A stretch of 64,000 nt of DNA from Utricularia gibba (lineage: Eukaryota; Plantae; Magnoliophyta), in assembly GCA_002189035.1 (NCBI GenBank), contig NEEC01000012.1, positions 682,001-746,000 of the forward strand, written 5' to 3'. Below, one piece after another: positions 27,901 through 39,372 of this stretch (its first letter is position 1; every line of letters begins with the position of its first letter). The notes beneath the pieces were generated by a model. The model did not search any database and was not told the DNA's origin. It saw only the letters and a program-made list of their open reading frames with translations. The position numbers and the translations under genes were made by a program.

Positions 27901-28060
27901 TATCACTCATTGCTGCAAGTTGAGCTAATACTTTTGAGTTGTCCACTCCATAGACTGCTTTTGTTGTTCTTACATTTCCTTCAAGTAGTCTGTAGGAGTT
28001 ATCATAACGATTGACAGTGGAATAAGAATTTTTTGTCATTGTTTCACTCAGTCTTTGGGC
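24920..28060 (-). mobile_element. Athila-like gag-protease remnant interrupted by an Angela solo LTR
   Basis: VISLRSG, KCKDPSMFSI..AMCDLGASINVMP and LPEHLKYSFL motifs on the minus strand, on both sides of 26572-27815. Confidence 0.8.
26572..27815 (+). mobile_element. Angela-like copia solo LTR (1244 bp, internal deletion)
   Basis: TGTTAGTGTATGTGTTCTAGAGAC...GAAACCCAACA; perfect TSD AGATC. Confidence 0.92.
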
Positions 28061-28094
28061 ATCAGCACTATGATGATTCTCTAATAGTGATCAT

Positions 28095-28445
28095 TTACAA
28101 GCAGTATCCAGGCTTGAAACACTCCGTCGATAACCTTCTAAAAAATACAGAATGATTGTCAATCTCCTCGGATGCTAGTAGAAATAATCACCCCTTGTAG
28201 ATATATCTCAGAGAGAATGAAGATATGAAAATCTCTACAGATCGAATCTTTTCTTATTATCTTATATAGATATTTGGTAATATATCTAATCAAATCTATT
28301 AAATATAGAAGTTCTCAAATCTTATCTATATGAGATCTTCTATTTTGAGTTTAATCAATGTTAATCTTAAAATAACTTTTTATTTAATTTATATAATTTA
28401 CTAATTACATCTCCTGTAATTTCACTATTGTGTATGACCCTATAA
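28095..28445 (-). mobile_element. Inverted fragment of the Angela-like LTR
   Basis: CACTCCGTCGATAACCTTCT..GGATGCTAGTAGA..AGAGAGAATGAAG matches 15880-16240, i.e. the reverse complement of ~27250-27640. Confidence 0.75.
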
Positions 28446-28449
28446 ATCT

Positions 28450-30392
28450 CCAAGTACTTAATAAGGACTAAGGACATGTTCTTAATTTATGATGGTAAAG
28501 ATCTCCAAGCGAAAGCGTATATTGATGCAAGTTTCCAATCTGATCATGATGATTTGAGTCTCATTTAGGATACATATTCACTCTGAATGGAAGTGTAGTC
28601 ACTTAGAAGAGTTCTAAGCCAGAAACGACTGCAAATTCAACAATGGAAGCAGACTGCATTGCCACCAACGATGCTACAAAAGAAGCTATTTGGATTAAGA
28701 AGTTTATTAAGGATCTGGCATATTCCCAAATGTTGGGATCCTTTACTCCTCTATTGCGATGACACTGGGGTGATTGCGAATGCTAAGGCACCTCGATCAC
28801 ATCAGAAATCCAAACAGGTGATCATAGAGATCATGGGTAGAGGCAATGTCAAAATTGAGAAAGTAGATACAAAGGAGAAAGTAGCAAATCCACTTACAAA
28901 GATACTTCCAAAGAAGCTACATAAGATGCACGTAGAGTCCATTAGGATGAGATACATCAATGATTGGCTCTAGTACAAATGGGAGATTATTAGTGTGCGT
29001 GTTCTAACGATAATCAATTTATTAGAAATTCTTATCTTTTAATATTTACTTTGAATTGTGTGTGCTGTAGAAATTATGATAAAATCATAATGTGAGATTC
29101 TTCAAACATTTGTTTTCAAGTTAAAAATTCTCTAGCTAAAATATTTGTGAAATGTGGATATCATAAATATAGGTAACCTGGAAAATATTGAGTTCCCTAA
29201 ATTATTTAGGCAATAGTCATCACGATTGATGTAATGAGATTACTAGAATTAATATGTGAGTGTTGATTAGAGAATCAATTCACTGGATGACTCGTTTTCA
29301 AAATGCTACTATGGAAAACTAACCAAGTATTATTAGCTGAATATGACAATCATGTAAGTAAGTTTAGAGTTGAAGTCAACAAAGTTATCTTAATCTTAAG
29401 CTCGCATTTTCATCCATTATTAATGGGAGTCTAACCATGGCTTGGTTAGCATGTATGAGAAAGGATGCAACTCCTTAAGGTTGGAGATAGTTGATTGATC
29501 AATAAAGGATTAATCGTTCATGTAAGCTATGAGATCTTATTTCAAATAATTTCATCAAGTCTAATAATAAGTCATGGGCATAGGTTAATAACACTCAAAG
29601 AGTTTGAATTGGTCATTTAATATTTTTGATTAAATGCAATTATAAGTTCGATACATCAAAAAGACACATACCCATGTTAGCGAATAAGTCAACTTCAAAG
29701 TGGATTTGTTTGATATCGAATGAGATATAAGTATGATGAAAGTTGTTCATTACATGACGGTTGGTCATAGAAATACTCAATTAATACACCTGATTATTCT
29801 TACATCTTGGAGATTATGATATATTACTAGACATCACTCATAATCGATAATAATAGATTTAATTAATTAAGAGTTAATTAATAAATTCATTATTATAGTT
29901 TGGATTGAAGAAGTATATAGGGTCACACATAATAATAGAGTCATTCATTGATATAAAATAGAATAAAACAATTATATGAGATGTAATTGGTAAAATACAT
30001 AAATTAAAAAGAGAGTTATTTTAATATTAATATTAATTAAACTCAAAATAGAAGATTTGATATAGATAAGATTTGAAAACATATATATCTATTAGATTTC
30101 TATGAGATACGATCTTTACGAAAATTTGATTAAACATATTATCAAATATCTATATAAGATAATAAGAAAAGATTGGATTTGTAGATATTTTCATATTTTC
30201 ATTCTCTCCAAGATTTATTTGCATAGGTTTGACTTTCTCTACTAGCATCTCAGGAGATTGACTATCATTCTGTGGCTTTAAGAAGGTTATTGACAAAGTG
30301 CTTCATATGTGTATACCATAGAAGTCATTTGCTATTGGTAGTTGGTGAATCATAGAGGCCATTAGAGTTCAATGTCTATGAGAAACCTAAAA
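28450..30392 (+). mobile_element. 3' end of an Angela-like copia element: RNase H remnant, PPT and 3' LTR (28988-30392)
   Basis: AYIDASFQSD, LYCDDTGVIANAK.PRSHQKSK, KVDTKEKVANPLTK; TAGTACAAATGGGAGAT directly precedes the LTR. Confidence 0.85.
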
Positions 30393-31614
30393 AGTAATAC
30401 GAGGTCACTATCTTTCCATTGATTTTGAAGTATAGTCATAGATAAAATGTTGTCTCCCTTGAATCAATAGGGTGTGAGTTGGTGTTTTTCATTTTGCTCA
30501 TCTTCAAAACTCATAAATAGTGATTAGTTAACTATGAATCTTAAATATTAAAATTATTACAGAAAAATTATAACATAATCGCCCAGAGATATATGGAACC
30601 TAAATAGATTCAAAGAAAAAATGAAGATTAACTAATGAAATGTAGAACTGAGAGTCTCCTCACTGAGAAACAAAAGATTCTAGCTCTGATATTAGTATGT
30701 TAATGATTTCATTTGTCATATGTTCCAATGTACTGCACGCACAGCTCATCATTAGGAAACTAGGATCTTTTGAAATTCAAGGAAATAGAAGATCTATTTT
30801 GTTATTATATGATGCTCCCTTTCTAACATTTCATGCCATATGTTTGCCCCGAATAAAATGTAAACAAAATTAGATAAAAATATTAAATAAAATACATAAA
30901 ATAAGATATTTATCCTAAATAAAACTTAAAACTTATAATATGAACCTACAATTTGACAATTCTAATTACATTTAAATATTGAAAATAAATTAAAACACAG
31001 TAAAAAAAATGACATTTAATAGGAACAAAATTAGAGTTAGAATTACACTATTTAAGATACAATAGAAAATATCCCCTTGATTCACCGTCTTAGATGCTCT
31101 ATGAACAAAGTTGAGTTCATAGCAACAATTATTTATTTTTCTTAGATGCCATGATTTTGTTTTGTTTCACATGATCTGAAGTGTGCTGATGTCATTGGTG
31201 TAAGAAACAAGTTGGGCATATCCACTACTTCCACTAAAATGGGTCAAGAAGCCCATTCGTGTTGTGGCGGGTTTTTACAGCATTCTTCAGGGCAAGAACC
31301 AAGAACACACCCAAATAAATGAGCAGAAACTGGAGGGGTGAGTAGATAAATGAGTACCTTGGACCAAACGTGATGATGAAAGCTTCCTTACATTTCATGT
31401 ATTATTGTATAAAACCAATAATTCTTTTTTGAATCATAAGATGGGAACCATGAAAAATGAACTCCGGAAATAGAGCACCAAAAGCTGTGGCTTCTTTCAG
31501 ATCTTCTTCACTTGATGTCCAAAACGCTTCCCAGATGGATGCACACCAGAGAGAGATCCATCTTCATTTCTGTCATTTTCCAAGCTCATAAAAAAAACCT
31601 GTGTTGTATGTATA

Positions 31615-34600
31615 CTATTCACAATTCAGTCCGCAAACTTCAAGCATGACGCCATCCCCTCGGGACAGAAACGGATTTATTCGAACCCACAGCAATGAGA
31701 ATATGGAAGCCAACAGAATGGACCAGACGATGAGGATAGTAGGAATCCTGTCTTGTCTCCCCATGAATCCTTTGAGGAAAGGATACAAATGCAGGATCAC
31801 CCAAATGGCAAAGAAGAGCTTCCCAAATAGAGGTCCCCAAGATTCGTATCCGTTGTTTATTGCATCTGACACGCCGACAGCAACTCCGATGATGTTAAAG
31901 ATCATTAGAGTCAACGGAGGAATCAACAAAGATGTCCATTTGAAGAGATAGAGCTCTGAAAATTCCCCATCATCAGCTGCTTTGGATGTGACAGTGAAGT
32001 TGGTGTTGACCCCAGCTAAAACCTTGAGAAGACCTTGAATTAGAGCAAAGAAGTGCGCTGAAACGCCTCCGATAACCCAAAACTGCTCGTTTCTCCACCA
32101 GTCATCTATTCCAACACCGCCCATTGCATTTCCAGAATACTTGTCACGGCAATGGATATGAAAAGTGCCATGAAAAGCAAGCTTGCATAGTTACTTATCT
32201 GCATAAAAACCACAGGCGTTAGGACTTGAGCTGCTTCTGATTGATATCCGATGAGCCAGTTCACTAACCTCGGGGACGATGAATTTCCCGGTGAGCAAGC
32301 AGATGGCAGGTAAGGTACAGTAAACAATTAAGGGAAGAGAGGTCAACGGGTAGACAACCGAGTTTATGTATGAGAATCTCTCCAGCCGTTTGAGACCACA
32401 ACCATAGCCGTACCAGATAGGGCAGTGCCTGCTCAGGAAAATTTCAACTGACCCCAAGGCCCATCGAAGAACTTGATGCAGACGATCCGAAAGATTGATC
32501 GGAGCAGAACCCTTGAATGCTGCCCTTTTCGGCATACAGTACACGGATCGCCATCCATGGCAATGCATCTTGAATCCGGTCAATATATCCTCTGTGACGG
32601 AGCCGTAAATCCAACCGATCTGGAAAAAGCAAGAACTCGATAGGGCCAAGGTGATGGAGAGAGAAACATGTCATCGTTCGGCGTGATGGCATACCTCTTT
32701 TCCCCAGTCTGTTTTATCCTCATAGCCACAGCTGATGACATGAATGGCTTCCTTCAGAAGTGTTGCTGACGTTGCCTCTTGAGGTATTCCACCCTGCTCC
32801 AGAAGTGTTGAAGCAACAAAAACCGGGGATTGTCCGAACTTCTTCTCCAATTTTACTTGCGGCATAAGCGACGATCTTTCGTTTCCCTTCCCTGCAAGAC
32901 ATGATGAGAATCCTATGATGTAACTGTTCACATATGCGAGCACAAGAAACATAGATGACATGTCAAAATTTCTGGCCTTCATCTGCTTCCTCAAAATTCT
33001 CAAGAGCATGAATCTGTGGTGATGCTTCCCTGGATTTGGTTTTCTTCTTGCTTTCTTTAGATTTCCTGGTCTTCTTTCTCGATCCAAAGCAGCAGCAGCA
33101 CCATTTTGGCCAACAATTGCATGTTTTCCCTGGGGGCTTCACCTTTTTTGGCGCATCATATCCATAGAGTGCCTGTCTCCTGAAGACACATCCAGTGCCG
33201 ACATAAATCGGACCTTGGATTCCATCAAGACCTTTCATGTTTATCTGCCATAGGTAGATCAACAAGTGAGGCTTCACAAATCTGAGCATAAGACAGATAT
33301 AAGAGCAACAGGGGACCTCAGACATACATCAAAGAAGACAACATTACGATTCGAATATCTATCGTGCCGATCAATCCCATCAAATCTCTGAGGAAACTGC
33401 ACATAGCATATTTTCTTCCCAGACTGCGGATCCATCATGAAGCACATTGACTCTCTGAGAGCCTTGCTATTGTTTATATAGTGATCACAATCAACGTTGA
33501 GAAGGTATGGGGCATTGGAGATGACGGCTGAAACCCGAATCTGGAATAGCATTCAAAATCAAGATCATTTTGGGAAGACGGCAAGAAAAAAGGCTAGGAA
33601 ACAGGAAAATTACCAAAGCATTCATTGCACCAGCCTTCTTATGGTGCTCATGTCCAGGCCTCTTTTCACGAGAGACATATATCAGACGAGGCAGTTCGTT
33701 CCCTTCGATATCTTGGATGCCATTTTGACCCAGGAAAACCTTTCACAAGAAAGAAATCATGATCACATTAATTCAAAGTGACAAGAAATGTCAAGCTTGT
33801 CATACTTGGATCATTCCAGGGTGATCTCTGACATTATTTCCTGGCCAGGGAGTACCGTCTTGCATCGTCCAGCCATCTTCTGGAACCTTTTGTGCCACCG
33901 AAACCAGAGCATTTATTCGAACTTTGAACTCATCATACTCCCTCTGCATCACAGGCAAAATACATTTTCATACGTTTTCCTGGAAATTCTTGCCGAACAA
34001 GAGCAGCAGCACAGAAGAGTCATGCACCTTCATTGCACGCCTTTCCCTGACAAATCTTGGTTCCACTTTGTTTTTCAAGTAGTCAACTTTCTGAGCAAAG
34101 TACCATTCAGGAGCTCGGGGTTCAATGCTGTATTTTTTGCAAAATGGAACCCATTTCCTTGCAAACTCCGATGTTTCGGACAAAGCCTCAAAGGTGAGCA
34201 TTGCGGCACCATCATCGGACACATAGCAGGAAACCTTGTCGACGGGGTAGTCCACAGCAAGTATGGATAGAACAGTATTGGCTGTAATGAGTGGAGGCTC
34301 CTTCATCGGATCCACTGTACTCACAAATATGTCAATCGCAGCCAACTCCGAAGGCTTCCCCTCTTTCTCGTACCTGATGCAGCGAACAGATGAATGCCTC
34401 AAACTCATTGAAGAATGAAGGCACAGCAGAGCAAGAGAAATATATGTCAGGTACCTCAAGGAGAGCCTGTCTAAGTAAGTCTCTCTTTCAATTGGAAACC
34501 ATTTGGGGAACTGATCAAATATCCACGAGACAGCAAACCATATCTCACATATAATTGACGTCAACCATAATCCATATGCATCACGCACAGGATGAAGAAT

Positions 34601-36101
34601 TCTATAGTGAAAAAACAATCCAAGAATGGCCAAACGAAGCAGAATGACCATTCTATAAGGATTTATCTTGCTTGATGGTATTGGTATTTTCCGGGAAAGT
34701 GGCTGCCTTCCTTCATCAGTCCTGAAAGCAACCCAAGAAAAATGTCAAATGTAACAACATCAAAAAGATATTTCAGAGGAAATTCATGACAAAAAAGACA
34801 TGATATTAAATAGAGAGGACCAGTCTCTTCATTTGTCTGTCTAGTGTTGGTTAAGTTTTACGTTTTTTATCACCGCAGGAGGTCAGTAATGGTTACAAGC
34901 AAGGGCCTGACAACCGACACTGGATCGTGAAGAAAGGAACGAAGGAAAAAGGGGTTACTTGGGTAAATCAGGATCATCGAGCCTCTCTGCATCAGCATTG
35001 AGTCCTTGATGCTTAACAACTTGAAGCTTCTCGTTCTGCTTTCTCTTCCATTCCTCCATTCTCTCCTTCCAAGCAACAGTGCCGTAACCATAAACTGCCA
35101 AGTCTTTCTTCGGATCCATGGGCCTGGGAGGCACTAAAAAATGGAACAAGGTCAGGACAGTGGTGATCTCGTGAGAGTAACTAAAAATCACCTACATGTG
35201 GCGGATGAATCCGTGAAGGGAAACCCATAAACTCGCTTCCCAGCCGGAGGAATGATGAGTGCATGCTTGTCGGCTGCATTGATATGGTCCTTCAACAAGA
35301 TCAAAAAGCTGATATCAGGGCTTGCAATGAAATGTCGTGATGTAAATGCCAAAAAAGAGGTCAAAATCTACCTCTTCACCGTAAGTAAGAAGTGGGATTT
35401 CAGAGTTAACAGCAGAAGGATCCATTCCAGCAGGAATTGTGATCCCGGAAGCATTTCTGCTGATGTTAAAGCGAGAAGAGCCAACGGCAGGATCAGGAAA
35501 ATGTTCATTGCCATCGTAATCAAACTCATGCTCCAAATCATCGAACTCGTCTTCGTCTTCGTCTCCATCGACCCTCGGACTTCCTGGATTCGATAAAAAG
35601 AAAAAAGAAAATTAACTACCACTTGGAGAAGCATCTGAGACAGACGAATGGCTTACCCTTAATTCGCTTGTATCTGGTCTTGCACTGAGGGCAAGCTTGA
35701 TTTCCTTCCCTACGTTCATATTCATAACAAGCTCTACATACAGGAAATGCGCATTCGTTGCAGGCAACGAATGGATCTCCATTTATGGTACATTCAATCT
35801 CATCTCCACAAATCTGGCATCTCTGGCCACTCAACTCTTTCACAGATGTCACCTGTCAAAATAATCGTGCACCCTTTAAAAAATTGGGAAGAAAACTGAA
35901 GAATTTTGACAGGGACTGACTTCAAACTGAACCATTTCAGGCGTGAAAAATCATACAAATTCTGTGATTTTGAAACACAAACAAGAAATCCACAGGGGAA
36001 TAGGCAGCTTAGTTACACACTTTTCCAATCTCATCGGCATTGATGACAACGAACTCATTTCTGTTGTGTGAACCAGCCACAAGCCTCCCGTTGGTATCCA
36101 T
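31615..36101 (-). CDS. CESA6: Cellulose synthase catalytic subunit, CESA6-like clade (CESA2/5/6/9 type); frameshifted in exon 14 as given
   Basis: 14 exons: 36101-36021, 35852-35657, 35583-35372, 35289-35196, 35133-34959, 34721-34455, 34373-34028, 33943-33806, 33739-33614, 33540-33328, 33244-32977, 32891-32695, 32619-32269, 32198-31615. Starts [17 protein letters not shown]; RING-like CxxC zinc finger; DDG, DCD, TED and QVLRW motifs intact; ends LEVCGLNCE*. Spliced length is 3248 nt, one short of 3249. The symbol is clade-level only. Confidence 0.95.
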
Positions 36102-38307
36102 TACTGCGCACCGACAGTTTCAAACTCCCTCCTGTAGCTCACTAACTGGTAGCAAGGCGTGAGAATCAATGAAAAGAGGCAGCATTGACTGGCAAACACT
36201 TCATCTCGATGCCCATTTGAAGAAACAGAGAAAGAATCAATGAGCCACGGGTTGATCTCCTCGTCTCTTCTTAAGCGCAATCTTCATATCGAATAAAATG
36301 ATCAGAAAAAGACGTATCACGGACTCCGAAAGACACGATAATGATTTATTGCATTTGGTGAAGTGAACGTCGGTTTTGGAATCCAGACAGCTCCCTCGTT
36401 TTCAGAATACGGTTTTTCGTTTTACTTTTCCACCCGATTCTTTACTTGAGAAAGACCCTGGGTTCGTCACTGAGCCAAGAACGTGACACAAAGCGAGAAA
36501 AGAGAGGAGCAGAAAGAAGGATGGAAGGAGAAGGGAGGAGGGAGCTTGAGCAGTAACCACGAAATAGAAGGAAGCGACGTAGTACAAGAGAGACAGCTAA
36601 GAAGGTTAATGCATTTGTTGGAACATTGAAAGGTGAATAAAAACCATGGAAGAAAACTACAGTGCTAGATTCTCGGGCGGGCCCGGCTATCGGCGGTGGT
36701 CACCGGCTCGACGTTGAAAAGGAAGAATTCTTAGCTCGAAAATCACTCTGAATTCCGAACCATCTCCTGGTCCGCGAAGATAAGATAGAGAGTTGAGGTT
36801 GTCGATCATGTAAACATTATTAGCTTACAAGGGAGAGAGGTTTCTGAAAAAAGCAGTGCCATGTGAAAATGGTGGCAAGTTCACCTATTACCAAGCAGCC
36901 ATGTGAAATTACTTCTGGAACAGAGACCCCCCTTTATTCATTTTTGTTATATTCATCGTCTTCTTCTTTCACCGTGTCCAATGATTGAGTAGGCGTATGC
37001 TTTATTCCGTCGGTGGAGACTGGAGAGAGGGAGAGAGGTTGAGCCTGGTGGGTTGCGGTAAACGTAACCGACAGAAGCAGCAGCCCACGTGGCATCCGCC
37101 AGAGAAGAGATGGAGCCCGGGGCAGCTGTCTGGGCCGGAAATCTTTGAAAACAAGTTCTTCATTTCAGGCAGAAGCACAACATCCTTCCTTCCACCCCCA
37201 AGTTGCCCTTCAATCCCACCACCGAAGGACCATCTTCCTTCTCGTTACTTAACCCACAAAAAGCGCCTGCAGATATCATGGAATGATTCCACCCACCAAT
37301 AAGGTTTGCATGACTTCCGATGTGCACTGGTGAGGCCATGCTAACGAAACCCCATGTTAAGCAAGATTACAATTAACTTCCGTTTGGGGATCAGCGCTGT
37401 AACACAGGGAAAACAACCAGAGTTGGAATGAACTGAGGATGATGCCAACAAAGCAGCAGCATTTGTGGGCTACCAAGATGTGGTCCCTTTTCTGCATCAA
37501 CATAATGGAAGTGGTTGTAATGCACCATTGTCAACCGCTGCCTTTTCCAACGTAAATCATTACGTATATGAAACATACATAAATAGCCCCTACGCAGAGT
37601 CTTTGGCTTGTAGCACCTTCGATCCAACTTAGGTATATAACGACCATACGTTATTTCCCCTTTTCCTTTTCTTATTACATTGTGGCTTTTAGGAGGCCAA
37701 CAGGAGATCCGATCCAATCCAGTGGTGGTGCGGTCGTCGGTTTAAATTCGGTCTTTCTGCAACATCTCAAGTTCCGGGTCGACAGCAAGTAACTTGAACA
37801 CCAATTTGTTTTTCTTTGGTAGAGAAAGAGCGCAAAACAAACAATTGTTGTTAAATGTACACCAAAACCTCAACCTCATACTGCGGCTTTATTGCTGCTT
37901 ACTACCGATACCGACGTTGCCTGACTTTGTCCACGCCTGAATGCTTGGCAGCTTGCAGTAGACTCTGTTGTGAGATTCGCACGGCCAACACAATGCCGTC
38001 ATCTTCACAACAAGATCCCCATGGTGAAAACTAGTTGTTTCCTCCACATTGGGCTTGCTTTTATGGGTTCTCCAGGAAGCCCATCAAACTGGGGTGCGCC
38101 TACCAGTTGCTCAGATCTCAAACGTGGTGATTCATCTTTGTAGAAAGCGGTTTTCTTGTCCTAGAATGATCGACAGATGATGGCATGACCAGTACTCTCT
38201 GCTCATTAACACCAAAGCCAAATGGACGCACTAAACCACAATATGCGTGCGGGAAAACAGTATTCCCACTAAGAAAACAAAACTCCGACAAGTGTGAATG
38301 GTGGTTA

Positions 38308-39372
38308 TCATGTCCGCCTAGGAGACTCAAGACCTTCGGTCTTAGTTCTCACAATCCTGTGAAAAACTTCACGAATATGGCGATCCAAATCATCAAACCC
38401 AGGTTTCACAGCTTCGTAAACTACCTTCAGTTCTGCAACACGGCGTTTTACCAAACCTTCACTCTCTTCGTTTAGTGGAAACTCCACAGATTCAACGAGC
38501 GCATTCATATCTCTAACGCATTTCTCGATATCTTGAATTTCCTTGAGCAAACCAGCAGAATTTCTCCTACCCTGTTTCCTCGATTCCTCAATTATCTTGT
38601 CATGAAGAGAGACGATCGGTGCCGCCCAAAGGTACTGCCTTGATACGTAGAACTGGGCAGGATGGCCGCGATCTTGACATGGGATCGCCGCAACGAGAGC
38701 CCACATCACGAAGAAAACAATGTGATTCATGGTGAAAACAGCAACGTTTAGTCCATCAGTAGAAGCTGTTTCGTTGCTCCTGGGAACTATAATGCTGCTG
38801 CCAATTGCTTGCAATTGTTTGGCCGCAGACCAAGATCTTGACACGCTCCATGAAAGTGACCTGAACTGGCCGAAAGATTTCGGTTCTTTCTGTTTAGGGC
38901 GGCCGAAGGAGCGGTTCCTGTGAGTCTCAGCGGCGGCGGAGTCTTTATCCTCCAGCATTGCAATGGCTAAATCAACTAACGCTTTCTTTGCACGGCGGAA
39001 GTGGCCTTCTGCTACTGTTTTTTGAGTATCCAATGCGCAGACAACAATTTCCAGGAACTTTAGCCATTCTTTCACCTGCTGAATTCCCTCATGTAAGGCG
39101 TTACAGACGTCCATAGCCTTGATATTCCTATCGCAGTAATCGGATATATACCGATTCATCGGAGGGGCGTTGAGGTATCCTTTGTTGTGGAGGAGAATGA
39201 CTCTGAATTCTTCTAAGCAACAGAGAAACGTGTCTAAAAGCTTTTGAATCCAAGCCAGAGACAACAGCTCTCCGGATTCCGCAGGTACTAAGTTTTGAAA
39301 AAGATCGGAGACATGCCTTTGGAAGTCATCTAGTTCCGATTCATGCGACGGGGAAGCGTCACCGGAGTCCAT
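38308..39372 (-). CDS. ROH1: ROH1-family / DUF793 (BPS1-domain) protein, intronless, 354 aa
   Basis: Recognisable blocks LLSLAWIQKLLDTFLCC, KAMDVCNA, RRAKKAL.DLAIAM, HRNRSFGR, RSLSWSVSRSWSAAKQL, WALVAAIPCQDRG and REVFHRIVR. The symbol is family-level; it most resembles the At1g18740/At1g74450 type, from memory. Confidence 0.88.
   Translation of the reverse strand: MDSGDASPSHESELDDFQRHVSDLFQNLVPAESGELLSLAWIQKLLDTFLCCLEEFRVILLHNKGYLNAPPMNRYISDYCDRNIKAMDVCNALHEGIQQVKEWLKFLEIVVCALDTQKTVAEGHFRRAKKALVDLAIAMLEDKDSAAAETHRNRSFGRPKQKEPKSFGQFRSLSWSVSRSWSAAKQLQAIGSSIIVPRSNETASTDGLNVAVFTMNHIVFFVMWALVAAIPCQDRGHPAQFYVSRQYLWAAPIVSLHDKIIEESRKQGRRNSAGLLKEIQDIEKCVRDMNALVESVEFPLNEESEGLVKRRVAELKVVYEAVKPGFDDLDRHIREVFHRIVRTKTEGLESPRRT

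Noticed and set aside
37860-38170. Minus-strand frame containing APQFDGL between the two genes
   Set aside because: The motif is too short, the following residues do not fit any family I recognise, and there is no start codon or clear gene structure.
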